A stretch of 51,867 nt of DNA, from NCBI GenBank assembly GCA_041838435.1, contig JBGYPO010000152.1, positions 1 through 51,867 on the forward strand, in the 5' to 3' direction. Under the pieces are notes generated by a model, which was given only the letters and a program-made list of their open reading frames with translations, made no database searches and was not told the DNA's origin. A program made the position numbers and the translations under genes. The DNA comes from Aliicoccus sp. (lineage in GTDB: Bacteria > Bacillota > Bacilli > Staphylococcales > Salinicoccaceae). Positions 1 to 9,099 of the stretch are shown here, piece after piece. How positions within the stretch are numbered: position 1 is the stretch's first letter; each line of letters opens with the position of its first letter.

Positions 1-1129
1 ACTGCTCTTCTGTCTCATTCGGGTATCCGACGATAATATCTGTTGTAAGTGCAACATCCGGCATGCGTGTACGAATTTTATCGACGAGTTCCAAATAGCT
101 TTCACGCGTATATTTACGGCCCATGATTTTAAGCACCTGGTCGTTACCTGACTGCACCGGCAGGTGGATATGTGGCATCATGTTCTCACCTTCAGCAAGC
201 GCTTCGATTAAGCTGTCTGAGAAATCCCATGGATGTGACGTTGTAAAGCGCACACGCGGGATATCGATTTTAGAAATCTCTCGCATCAAACGGCCGAGAT
301 CGTAATCAATGTCGAGGTCTTTACCATACGCATTGACGTTCTGACCAAGTAAACATATCTCCTGGTAGCCGCGCGCAGCCAGGTCTCTCACTTCGTCTAA
401 GATTTCCTCAGGCATACGGCTGCGTTCTTTACCGCGTGTCATCGGCACGATGCAGTATGTACAGAATTTATCACATCCGTAGATGATGTTGACCCAGGCT
501 TTCGTTGCGCCATTACGCACTTTTGGCAGGTTCTCAATGACGTCGCCTTCTTTAGACCACACTTCGACAACCATCGCTTTTGACATATATGCTTCATCAA
601 GAATATTTGGTAAGCGGTGGATATTATGTGTACCGAATATCATATCGACATTTTGGTATGATTTTAAAATTTTATTCACGACAGATTCTTCCTGCGCCAT
701 GCAGCCGCACACGCCGATTAATACATCTGGTCGCTCAAGCTTCAAGTGTTTTAAGTTTCCAATTTCAGCGAACACTTTGTTTTCAGCATTCTCGCGGATT
801 GCACATGTGTTAAGCAGCACGACGTCAGCATCATTCACATCTGTTGTGTGTGCGTAGCCGAGTGCTGTAAAAATACCTGCCATAATTTCTGTATCATGAA
901 CGTTCATCTGACAGCCGTATGTTTTAATATAAAACTTACGCCCCTTACCCATGCCACGGAATTGTTCTTCTATATTAAAGTCTGTATGATTGACTGCTGA
1001 TTTACCACGCACTTTCGCATCTTTCATGTTCGGTGGCTGGTAAACATTATCAAAGTATTTGCTGTAGTCTTTTTCAACTTTTTTCGGAGCGACTACTTTG
1101 GAATGTTGTTTTCTTTGTTCTTCATTCAT
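1..1129 (-). CDS. miaB: tRNA-2-methylthio-N6-dimethylallyladenosine synthase MiaB (3' end runs off the window)
   Basis: Not in the ORF track because it is truncated. Manual minus-strand translation from ATG 1129 gives [11 protein letters not shown]...[16 protein letters not shown]...[10 protein letters not shown]...[12 protein letters not shown]: the MTTase N-terminal motif plus the radical-SAM CxxxCxxC. Confidence 0.96.
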   Translation of the reverse strand, partial: MNEEQRKQHSKVVAPKKVEKDYSKYFDNVYQPPNMKDAKVRGKSAVNHTDFNIEEQFRGMGKGRKFYIKTYGCQMNVHDTEIMAGIFTALGYAHTTDVNDADVVLLNTCAIRENAENKVFAEIGNLKHLKLERPDVLIGVCGCMAQEESVVNKILKSYQNVDMIFGTHNIHRLPNILDEAYMSKAMVVEVWSKEGDVIENLPKVRNGATKAWVNIIYGCDKFCTYCIVPMTRGKERSRMPEEILDEVRDLAARGYQEICLLGQNVNAYGKDLDIDYDLGRLMREISKIDIPRVRFTTSHPWDFSDSLIEALAEGENMMPHIHLPVQSGNDQVLKIMGRKYTRESYLELVDKIRTRMPDVALTTDIIVGYPNETEEQ

Positions 1130-1168
1130 AGATAACCCTACTTTCAAGCGTTCAAGATTCTTTTATCA

Positions 1169-1197
1169 AGTATAAAGGTTTTGAATGAGATTTTCAA
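1169..1197 (-). promoter_or_regulatory. sigma-A-type promoter for miaB
   Basis: Minus strand TTGAAA-17 nt-TATACT, 40 nt upstream of the miaB ATG. Confidence 0.65.
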
Positions 1198-1207
1198 AAT
1201 TGTTTTC

Positions 1208-1999
1208 TTAGCGAACGTCTGTTGTCTCAAAGATTGGAAAATTCATACCCAGCATAAAACCAAGCGCAATTAAACCAGCGATGATCACGACAAACAGCAC
1301 GTCCAGGACCGATAAGCGTGTTTCATAATAGTACGTTCGCGCGCCATCAGTGAAGCCTTTTGACTCCATTGCCATACCGAGGCGGAATGCACGGCGGATA
1401 CTTTGTGCGAGTAATGTCACAATTAACGTGATAAAACCTTTCATACCTTTCGTGTATTTGCTCGGCACGAGTGCGCTGCGTACTTTTCGTGTACGGCGCA
1501 GTGTCATATATTCTTCAAATATAAGCGGCACCATACGAATGCCTGCCATAAATGAATAAGCAAATTTCGGTGAGAGTCTCAGCTGCTGCATCAAACTATA
1601 AAATACATCGGTGAGTTTTGTCGTGAATATTATAAGCGAACCCAAGAGCGACATCACAAATCCACGCATTAAAATATGACCGCCCCGCAGCAGGCTCTCT
1701 TCAGTCACGTGAATGATTCCCCACTGAAATATCGTCTTTTCACCTTCACCGTACAGCACCATGTAGGTTACGGACAGAATACTAAAGAACAATACGATGA
1801 CCAGCATAACGAGTAAATAGTGATACTTTATACCTGAAAAGATAAAGAGCGCGAGTAGCATTGCTAACGCAAGATAGAACATAATATTTGGGTTATGAAT
1901 CAGTACAACGAGTGGAAATATTGCAATCGCCACAAAAATCATCGTCACCGGGTTTACATTCTCAACGAATGTTTTATACCATTTAAATTGATCAAACAT
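1208..1999 (-). CDS. ykoC: ECF transporter T component (YkoC-like, thiamine/HMP uptake)
   Basis: Hydrophobic CbiQ/EcfT-type protein with AMESKGF motif. Start moved to MFDQF after an AGGTGA RBS. Overlaps the upstream ATPase gene. Confidence 0.85.
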   Translation of the reverse strand: MFDQFKWYKTFVENVNPVTMIFVAIAIFPLVVLIHNPNIMFYLALAMLLALFIFSGIKYHYLLVMLVIVLFFSILSVTYMVLYGEGEKTIFQWGIIHVTEESLLRGGHILMRGFVMSLLGSLIIFTTKLTDVFYSLMQQLRLSPKFAYSFMAGIRMVPLIFEEYMTLRRTRKVRSALVPSKYTKGMKGFITLIVTLLAQSIRRAFRLGMAMESKGFTDGARTYYYETRLSVLDVLFVVIIAGLIALGFMLGMNFPIFETTDVR

Positions 2000-3395
2000 G
2001 TGAATCACCTATTTCTACTAAACGCTGTGATTCAATTCTTAACCGGCGTGATGGATAGCGCCTTTTTATGTCCTCATCATGCGTAATCATGATAATTGTG
2101 ACGCCATCCCGAACGAGTCCATCAAATAACTTGAGTAAATTAAACGTGTTATTACGATCAAGTCCAAATGTCGGTTCATCGAATATTATGATGCGCGGTG
2201 TTTGACTCATCGCTGTTGCAACACTAAGCCTGCGTTTTTGGCCGACGGATATTTCTAATGGATGCAACTCTGTCAAATGCGCAAGTCCAAACGTTTCAAG
2301 TAATCGTAGCGCTTTGTTTCTTGCAGTATCCTCACCATCTACAAGCTCAAAATTAATCGCGACTTCATCCACCACATTATTCGTCATAAATTGCAGTTCT
2401 GGATTTTGAAATACCGGAAAGACTTTCCCCTTATAATCTTTTGTTTTCTTAATCAGACGCTCATCAAAATAAATTGCACCTTCATGCTGAATCAGTTTCA
2501 TAATGCTGAGTAAAAGCGACGTTTTACCAGTTCCGTTATCCCCTTCAAGTGTTATCCATTCCCCTTTATGGATTGACACATCACCAACATTTACAATGGG
2601 TTGTTTACCTCGCGTGACTGAAACATCTGATAAATCTAATACAACTTCTCCCTTAGTGTAAGACGCATGAAAGACGGGGGCTTTCTCCCATGATTCTGGA
2701 TGCCACACCCCATATTCATCAAGTAAATCTACGTGCTCTTTCATAACTGTATCCGGTGTACCTGTAAAAATTATCGCACCATGATGGTCCATTAGAACCA
2801 CACGGTCGACAACATTCCAAATGTGCTGGACTCTATGTTCAACGATAACGACGGTTTTATCGGTCCATGTATTTACAATCGTTTCCCATAAGTGACGCGC
2901 CGAGTCGCTATCTAACATGCTCGTCGGTTCGTCTAAAAATAATGTATCAGACCCTTGTAATAATGTACTTGCAATGGCTAACTTTTGTTTCATACCACCA
3001 CTTAGTTTGTTAATTTGCATATCGATGTCGACATCGAGTCCGACCGTATGGAGCACTTCTTTAAAGCGCGCGTCCATTTCTCGTCTCGGCACCTGCTGAT
3101 TCTCAAGTAAAAACGCAAGTTCTTCAGCAATTGTCGGCATCGTAAATTGTGAGTCTGGATCTTGGAACACAAATGCTCCATTGTCTGATGTCTCAAGTTC
3201 AGCTGCTTTCATCGGTATATCTATAACATGGGGGATCAACTGCCCCATCACATTTAACAACGTACTTTTACCTGAACCACTCGGACCTACTAATAATATT
3301 TTCTCGTTCGTTTTTACCGATAAAGATAAATCATCAAATAGCTTTTTTTCTGCGTCTGGATATTTGAGATTCAGGTCTTTAATTTCTATAGCCAT
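1992..3395 (-). CDS. ykoD: ECF transporter duplicated ATPase (YkoD-like)
   Basis: Two ABC domains: GPSGSGKS/FQDPDSQ/LSGGMKQ and GDNGTGKT/FQNPELQ/ISVGQKR. Confidence 0.88.
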   Translation of the reverse strand: MAIEIKDLNLKYPDAEKKLFDDLSLSVKTNEKILLVGPSGSGKSTLLNVMGQLIPHVIDIPMKAAELETSDNGAFVFQDPDSQFTMPTIAEELAFLLENQQVPRREMDARFKEVLHTVGLDVDIDMQINKLSGGMKQKLAIASTLLQGSDTLFLDEPTSMLDSDSARHLWETIVNTWTDKTVVIVEHRVQHIWNVVDRVVLMDHHGAIIFTGTPDTVMKEHVDLLDEYGVWHPESWEKAPVFHASYTKGEVVLDLSDVSVTRGKQPIVNVGDVSIHKGEWITLEGDNGTGKTSLLLSIMKLIQHEGAIYFDERLIKKTKDYKGKVFPVFQNPELQFMTNNVVDEVAINFELVDGEDTARNKALRLLETFGLAHLTELHPLEISVGQKRRLSVATAMSQTPRIIIFDEPTFGLDRNNTFNLLKLFDGLVRDGVTIIMITHDEDIKRRYPSRRLRIESQRLVEIGDSHV

Positions 3396-3398
3396 TAA

Positions 3399-3977
3399 TT
3401 ACAAGTCCTCAGTATGTTGACGGCGGTCGCTCAGGAATTTCAGCACACCGGTCTTCTGGACGGCTTTATATATCACCCATGCAAACCATCCTGCAATCAG
3501 TGCACCACTGATGATTCTAAATCCGAAGTATAATGCTAAGTTCCATGCTTCAATGCTACCTAGATAACCATAGTACCAATCAAGTGGAATTGTTGATATT
3601 GACGCAGCAATACCAGCGAGCATAGCGACCATAACGTGTGTCGATTTATATCTAAATATTGCGAATATAATTTCACATGCCAACCCTTGCAAGAAACCGT
3701 ATACCATTAGCATCGTATTAAACTCGAGTGTTACGATAGTTTCTCCAGCAGCGGCACCGAACTCTGCAATGAGTGCAACAAATGGTTTTCTAATAATTAA
3801 ATATGCAACCACAGCTGCTATAAACCACATACCGTAAAGCAATTCATTGATGTGTAAACCAGTAACGCTAAGTGCAGAATACACAGGCCCCCACATTGAG
3901 TAGATTACTGAAAATACGAACGCGATGACAACTGTAATCAATATGTCAGTCAGCGTTAAACCTTTCCTTCTTGTCAT
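3399..3977 (-). CDS. ykoE: ECF transporter S component (YkoE-like, thiamine/HMP)
   Basis: GLTLTDILITVVIA...GMWFIAAVVAYLIIRKP..ALIAE pattern typical of YkoE. GGAGG RBS precedes ATG 3977. Lies directly under a TPP riboswitch. Confidence 0.88.
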   Translation of the reverse strand: MTRRKGLTLTDILITVVIAFVFSVIYSMWGPVYSALSVTGLHINELLYGMWFIAAVVAYLIIRKPFVALIAEFGAAAGETIVTLEFNTMLMVYGFLQGLACEIIFAIFRYKSTHVMVAMLAGIAASISTIPLDWYYGYLGSIEAWNLALYFGFRIISGALIAGWFAWVIYKAVQKTGVLKFLSDRRQHTEDL

Positions 3978-4005
3978 TTTACTTCCTCCAGCCATATATT
4001 AAGAC

Positions 4006-4036
4006 AAAAAAAGCACACCACTAACGAGTGGTGTGC
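4006..4036 (-). terminator. Riboswitch expression-platform terminator
   Basis: GCACACCACT-cgtt-AGTGGTGTGC perfect 10-bp stem followed by T7, between the aptamer and ykoE. Confidence 0.9.
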
Positions 4037-4057
4037 ATAGTTAAGAACATCTTAAAT

Positions 4058-4138
4058 ATGCCACTTCCCTACGCTAGTATAATCTAGATCAGGTATTAAG
4101 GGTATGTCTCAGCCAATGAAGGCACCCCTAGTGGTATG
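4058..4138 (-). ncRNA. TPP riboswitch (THI box)
   Basis: Minus strand CCACTAGGGGTGCC...GGCTGAGACATACCCTTAATACCTGATCTAGATTATACTAGCGTAGGGAAGTGG carries the CTGAGA, ACCTGAT and AGCGTAGGGAAG hallmarks. Confidence 0.97.
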
Positions 4139-4158
4139 CGATTTATATCTCAATATCT

Positions 4159-4187
4159 ATTCTATCTCTCAAATCTCATAATTACAA
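4159..4187 (-). promoter_or_regulatory. sigma-A-type promoter for the riboswitch/ykoEDC transcript
   Basis: TTGTAA-17 nt-TAGAAT just upstream of the aptamer. Confidence 0.6.
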
Positions 4188-4199
4188 GTGTAAGATTTT

Positions 4200-6047
4200 T
4201 TAGTCATTGTTTTGCATCATATCGTGGTACTTACCTTCACGCTCAAGTAACTCGCGCTCTGTACCACTCTCGAGCATTTCCCCATCTTCTAAAACGAAGA
4301 TGCGGTCGACGGCTTTAATTGTATTTAATCTATGCGCAATAATGATACTTGTCCGACCTTTCATCAGTGTCTCAAGTGCATCCTGAATCTTAAGTTCTGT
4401 CACTGTATCGATACTGCTCGTTGCTTCATCAAGCAGTAAAATTGCTGGGTCAGTGATTAATGCACGTGCGATTGAAAGTAACTGTTTTTGTCCCTGCGAG
4501 ACAAACCCTTCATCTAACTCAAGCACTGTATCATAACCATTTTCAAGCTCCATGATAAACTCATGCGCATTCGCAAGTTTTGCAGCACGTACAACTTCTT
4601 CATCTGACGCGTCGAGTTTACCGTAACGGATGTTATCGCTGATACTCGCTTCAAACAGATATGGATCTTGAAGTACGAATGCCGTTTGTGAGCGAATTGC
4701 TGTACGACTAAAGTTATCTATATTGATATCGTCTACAAGTACCTCACCTGAGTCCGGTTGATAGAACCGAGCAAGTAACTGCATAACGGTTGTCTTCCCT
4801 GCCCCGGTTGCACCGATTAATGCAACGGATTCCCCGGCTTTAATATTAAAGCTTAAATCATTAATCGTTGGACGTGTCTGTTCTTTATCGTAGCTGAACA
4901 TAACATTTCTAAACTCAATGTTTCCATGGATAATTTTATCTTTTATTTTACCATCATCATCTTCAGGTTCTGAATCGATAATACCGAACACACGCTCAGC
5001 ACCAGCGATTGCTGATAGTACCTGGTTAAACTGGTTTGCAAGGTCGGCTAAGGGACGCGTGAACTGACGCGCGTATTCCGCGAAGATAACAATCGTACCG
5101 ACTGTTACGACACCATCTGTATAAAATACGAGTAAACCACCGACACCGGCAACAATCGCGAATCCTAAGTTGTTTAACATGTTCATAATCTTAGGAATTA
5201 AACCAGCATATAAGAATGCCCAGAACGTTGTATCACGTAAGTTTGCAGCTTTCTCATCAAAGTTTTTAATTGCAGTTTCTTCTTGAGAAAATACTTTAAC
5301 AATTTCCTGACCTGATACAATCTCTTCTATATAACCATTCAATTCACCCGTACGTTGTTGACGCTTTTTATAAAGCGGGCCTGTACGACGCGTTACGAAT
5401 CTAATACCAACAAGGAGCATTGGAATGACTATTAACGTAATAAGTGTCAACAGTGGACTGAGGTATAACATGACTGACACTGTACCGATAAGTGTCACTA
5501 TACTTAATGTAAATTGAATAAATGATGTATTCAACGTTTGTGAAATTGTTTCAATATCGTTTGTCATACGGCTCATTAACTCACCGTGCTGACGTTTATC
5601 AAAAAATCGTACCGGCAATATTTGCATGTGTGAGAATAATGTATCCCTGAGTCTATAGACTGTGCGCTGTGATAAGCCAACCATCATAAAACTCGCAATA
5701 TATTGACTGGCAGCATGGGCGACGTATATCCCAAGTAGTATGAGGATAATCGTCATTAAACCATCCATTTGACCAGCGATAAAGTAATTATCAACGATGT
5801 AACCCACTAAGAATGGTCCTGCAATACTGAGCAGTGCCACCCCAATAACAAAGAGTACGATAACAATTAATAATTTACGTTCATGTGAGATAAACTTCCA
5901 CAAGCGTCCGAGTGTACCCCACATGTCATTTGCTTTCGTGTTAACCGGCCTGCCATCACGGCCGACCGTCGTTGTTGATTTTCTATTTAAGTCTTCTTTT
6001 GTCAATATCTGTTTAAAGCCAAACGGCTCTCTAAAGAATTTAATCAT
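4200..6047 (-). CDS. Heterodimeric ABC exporter subunit (TMD+NBD; YfiC/TM288-like)
   Basis: N-terminal TM domain, Walker A GATGAGKT, degenerate signature VSQGQ, canonical LLLDEATS and AHRL switch. Start moved to MIKFF after GGAGG. Confidence 0.9.
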   Translation of the reverse strand: MIKFFREPFGFKQILTKEDLNRKSTTTVGRDGRPVNTKANDMWGTLGRLWKFISHERKLLIVIVLFVIGVALLSIAGPFLVGYIVDNYFIAGQMDGLMTIILILLGIYVAHAASQYIASFMMVGLSQRTVYRLRDTLFSHMQILPVRFFDKRQHGELMSRMTNDIETISQTLNTSFIQFTLSIVTLIGTVSVMLYLSPLLTLITLIVIPMLLVGIRFVTRRTGPLYKKRQQRTGELNGYIEEIVSGQEIVKVFSQEETAIKNFDEKAANLRDTTFWAFLYAGLIPKIMNMLNNLGFAIVAGVGGLLVFYTDGVVTVGTIVIFAEYARQFTRPLADLANQFNQVLSAIAGAERVFGIIDSEPEDDDGKIKDKIIHGNIEFRNVMFSYDKEQTRPTINDLSFNIKAGESVALIGATGAGKTTVMQLLARFYQPDSGEVLVDDINIDNFSRTAIRSQTAFVLQDPYLFEASISDNIRYGKLDASDEEVVRAAKLANAHEFIMELENGYDTVLELDEGFVSQGQKQLLSIARALITDPAILLLDEATSSIDTVTELKIQDALETLMKGRTSIIIAHRLNTIKAVDRIFVLEDGEMLESGTERELLEREGKYHDMMQNND

Positions 6048-7770
6048 CGAAACTACCTCCCTGGCTCTGTGATTCAACAATTTCGCGGTATAGCTTCGAT
6101 TGATTCATCAATTCGTCATGAGAACCAATTGCGCTAATCTCACCCTTATCGAGTAAGAGAATACGATCCGCTGTTTTTGCAGTAATCACTTTCTGAGTCA
6201 CGATGATTCGTGTTGAGTTCAAATCTTTTAAAGCTTCCCATAATGCGTTTTCAGTCTTAATATCAAGCGCTGAAGTACTATCATCCAGTATTAGAATCGA
6301 CGGCTTACGTACAAGTGCACGTGCGATCGATAGACGCTGCTTCTGTCCACCTGATAAAGTGACACCCCGCTGACCGACAATTGTTCTATATTTATTATCG
6401 AAGTTCTCGATATTATCGTGAATTTGAGCACGTTTTGTCGACATCGTAATATCTTCTTCCAGTGCCTCTAAGTTACCCCATAGTAAGTTCTCATAAATAC
6501 TACCAGAGAATAACACCGCTGATTGAGGTACATAACCGATTGTTTGACGTAAATCATCTTCATTCCATTCATTGACATTTTTGTCATTGACGATGATTTC
6601 ACCTTCGGATGTTTTGTACATCCGCGGAATCAAGCTCAGCATAGTACTCTTACCTGCCCCGGTGCCGCCCATAATGACAAATTTCTCATTGGGATTAATC
6701 TTGAAGGAAATATTTTTAAGTACATCCTTCTTAGAACCAGGATATCTGAATGTAACATTCTTAAATTCAACTGTACCTGCAGTGTCTTCTATTAGCGTTG
6801 GCTGTTTATCAGCTGTATTGATTGGTGCATCAAGGACTTCATTCATACGATCAGAAGAAGCTTTTGCACGTGACATCGCAATGATAATGAATGCGAACAT
6901 ACCAAAACCGTTCTGCATACGTAAACCATAGTTGATGACAGCAACCACTTCACCGACTTGGACAGCATCATTTTGAAGCATGTCTGATGCGAACCAAATA
7001 ACGATTAGAATACTACCGTTCATGATGATGAGTAGTACCGGCATAATTGTTTCCATTAAACGGAGTGCGTAAAGCGTGTCGTCACGTAAACGCGCGGCTA
7101 CTTTCTGGAAACGATTCGTTTCAAAACCACCGCGGTCATTCGCTTTAATTAAGCGGACAGCTTCTAAATTTTGCTGAATAAATCTGTTGATTGCATCCAA
7201 GCGTTTTTGAACACGCAGGAAAATTTTCGCACCCATACGGGCAACGATGAATAGGAATATAAGTAATAAAGGCGTTAACATGGCTAAATATAAACCGAGC
7301 TGCGGGTTCACTACGAATGCCATGATAAGTGAACCAATTACGAGCAGCGGTGCACGGAGTACAATACGCAGTGACATGTAAAGTAACATCTCGACCTGCA
7401 GCACGTCTTGAGTTAAACGTGTGATTAAGCTCGATGTTTGGAACTTCGACAATGTCGCTAAGCTGAAGTATTGGATCCTGTTGAAAATTGCACGTCTTAG
7501 GTCATAGCTGAACATGTTGGCAGCAAAACTCGAGAAATATGAGTTAAAAATACCACTACCAAATGCCAGAGCACTGATGACGAGCATCACAATAAGGTAG
7601 AACCATACTGTGTCTATATCGTTTGCGACAATACCATCATCGATTACCTTAGATATAAAGTAAGGTTGGACTAGGTCGACGATTAGTTCTGCAAACATGA
7701 AGATTAAAGCTATGATTATATAAAACTTGTAAGTCCAAGCGTATTTGAAAATGCGACGCAAACTGACCAT
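6040..7770 (-). CDS. Heterodimeric ABC exporter subunit (TMD+NBD; YfiB/TM287-like)
   Basis: Walker A GGTGAGKS, canonical LSGGQ, degenerate Walker B (LDDSTS) and Q replacing the switch His (IVTQK). Complements the downstream subunit. Exact start uncertain. Confidence 0.9.
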   Translation of the reverse strand: MVSLRRIFKYAWTYKFYIIIALIFMFAELIVDLVQPYFISKVIDDGIVANDIDTVWFYLIVMLVISALAFGSGIFNSYFSSFAANMFSYDLRRAIFNRIQYFSLATLSKFQTSSLITRLTQDVLQVEMLLYMSLRIVLRAPLLVIGSLIMAFVVNPQLGLYLAMLTPLLLIFLFIVARMGAKIFLRVQKRLDAINRFIQQNLEAVRLIKANDRGGFETNRFQKVAARLRDDTLYALRLMETIMPVLLIIMNGSILIVIWFASDMLQNDAVQVGEVVAVINYGLRMQNGFGMFAFIIIAMSRAKASSDRMNEVLDAPINTADKQPTLIEDTAGTVEFKNVTFRYPGSKKDVLKNISFKINPNEKFVIMGGTGAGKSTMLSLIPRMYKTSEGEIIVNDKNVNEWNEDDLRQTIGYVPQSAVLFSGSIYENLLWGNLEALEEDITMSTKRAQIHDNIENFDNKYRTIVGQRGVTLSGGQKQRLSIARALVRKPSILILDDSTSALDIKTENALWEALKDLNSTRIIVTQKVITAKTADRILLLDKGEISAIGSHDELMNQSKLYREIVESQSQGGSFDD

Positions 7771-7888
7771 CTCTTTTCTTTCGATATCCGAAGTAATAGA
7801 TATATTATGCCACAATTCAGACAAAAATCATATACTATGAACTTGATTATTTTTAATTTATTTTAAAATGCGCCTAAAGTATGAGTTA

Positions 7889-8052
7889 GGACGTTGTATA
7901 CGGAGGGGTGCCGTGCAAGTCAGCGGTGATTTTTTTGGCGGGACTTGCATTTGGAGGGGCGCCGTGCAAGTCAGAGTCGATATTTGTGGCAGGACTTGCA
8001 TTTGGAGTGCCGCCGTGCAAGTCAGAGGCGGTTTTTGATACTTGAGTTGCAA
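7889..8052. repeat. Tandem hairpin array, type A (51-bp period, 3 units plus a degenerate half unit)
   Basis: GTGCAAGTC at 7913, 7964, 8015. Each is followed by 20 nt and the inverted arm GACTTGCAT (degenerate GAGTTGCAA in unit 3), then a 13-nt linker. Confidence 0.93.
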
Positions 8053-8055
8053 CTA

Positions 8056-8153
8056 GTGTGATTCAACGCCTATTTTTAAGGCGGGAATCACATTTAACCG
8101 TCTCCCGTGTGATTCAACACCGATTTTTAACCCGGGAATCACATCTAAACTAA
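8056..8153. repeat. Tandem hairpin array, type B (51-bp period, 2 units), fused to type A
   Basis: GTGTGATTC at 8056 and 8107, 20-nt loop, inverted arm GAATCACAT. Ends in TAAACTAA. Same family as 51511-51867. Confidence 0.93.
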
Positions 8154-8171
8154 TCTTTAAAAATTCCATAT

Positions 8172-8202
8172 AAAAAGACACCCCCAAACCCTGGGAGTGC
8201 CC
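8172..8202 (-). terminator. Intrinsic terminator after korB
   Basis: GGCACTCCCA...TGGGGGTGTC stem (with G-U pairs) followed by T5. Confidence 0.75.
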
Positions 8203-8217
8203 TTATTCAAAAATTCC

Positions 8218-9084
8218 CTACTGGAACTGTGCCATCAATGCATTGAAGTCTTTTTCTGTGACGTCCGGTGTATTATGAACGTTGTTCGTCTCTCCGTATC
8301 CTTCAATATGTTCAGCGTATGACTTCGCATTTGTATCGTGGTAAACAATGCCTTTAAGCATGCCGTTATGTTCATGTAAATATCGATTCACAATTGCAGC
8401 ATCTGTATTGTCATATCCATCGATGTCAGAAATATCAACAGTATTCTCTTTATACCAGTCATACGTATTCACTTTATTGTATGTCACGCACGGACTGAAC
8501 ACGTTCACAAAACTGAATCCTTTGTGGTTCATCGCCTCTTGAATAATTGCAGTCAGACCTTTAATATCACTCGACAAGCTCTGAGCGATAAAAGTCGCGC
8601 CGCTTGCCATTGCTGTTTTAAGTGGTGCAATCGGCATTTCTTTCGCACCGTCTGGTGTTGTCTTAGTCACAAATCCTGCGCCTGATGTTGGTGAAGTCTG
8701 CCCTTTTGTTAAACCGTAGATCTGATTGTCCATAACGATGTATGTAATATCGATGTTACGTTTTAATGCGTGCACCGTATGCCCCATACCTATCGCAAAT
8801 CCGTCGCCGTCTCCGCCTGAAGCGATAACTGTTAGATCTTGGTTCGCCATTTTGATTCCTTGCGCAACTGGTAAACTGCGGCCGTGTGTTGAATGGAATC
8901 CGTACGCGCGGATGTAACCGCTCAGACGACCACTGCACCCAATACCTGTAACAACTGCAAGTTCTTCTGGCTCGAGTCCGTTTGCTGCACATGCACGTTG
9001 GATGGCAGCCTGAACACTAAAGTCTCCGCATCCCGGGCACCAGTTTGGCTTAATATGGTTTCTGAACTCTTTAAATGTTGCCAT
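8218..9084 (-). CDS. korB: 2-oxoacid:ferredoxin oxidoreductase beta subunit
   Basis: WCPGCGD, GIGCSGR, TPP-binding GGDGDG...DNQIYGLTKGQTSPT, SPCVTYN. Confidence 0.93.
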   Translation of the reverse strand: MATFKEFRNHIKPNWCPGCGDFSVQAAIQRACAANGLEPEELAVVTGIGCSGRLSGYIRAYGFHSTHGRSLPVAQGIKMANQDLTVIASGGDGDGFAIGMGHTVHALKRNIDITYIVMDNQIYGLTKGQTSPTSGAGFVTKTTPDGAKEMPIAPLKTAMASGATFIAQSLSSDIKGLTAIIQEAMNHKGFSFVNVFSPCVTYNKVNTYDWYKENTVDISDIDGYDNTDAAIVNRYLHEHNGMLKGIVYHDTNAKSYAEHIEGYGETNNVHNTPDVTEKDFNALMAQFQ

Positions 9085-9099
9085 ATATATCTACCTTCC

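Noticed and set aside
123-857. Plus-strand ORFs at the left end and the many short plus-strand or nested ORFs across the window
   Set aside because: They are antisense or out-of-frame shadows of well-conserved minus-strand genes such as miaB, with no recognisable motifs.
7889-8153. TIGR-like guide array, suggested by paired 9-nt segments
   Set aside because: Here the 9-nt segments are constant within a type and complementary to each other, not unique spacers. No box C/D-like motifs were recognised and no Nop-domain gene is adjacent.
8161-8176. TCCATATA shared next to the korB and ribF terminators as a putative array target motif
   Set aside because: Similar sequence follows terminators without arrays (e.g. 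near 3992-3999) and is absent at the rny locus. It probably reflects ordinary AT-rich terminator tails.
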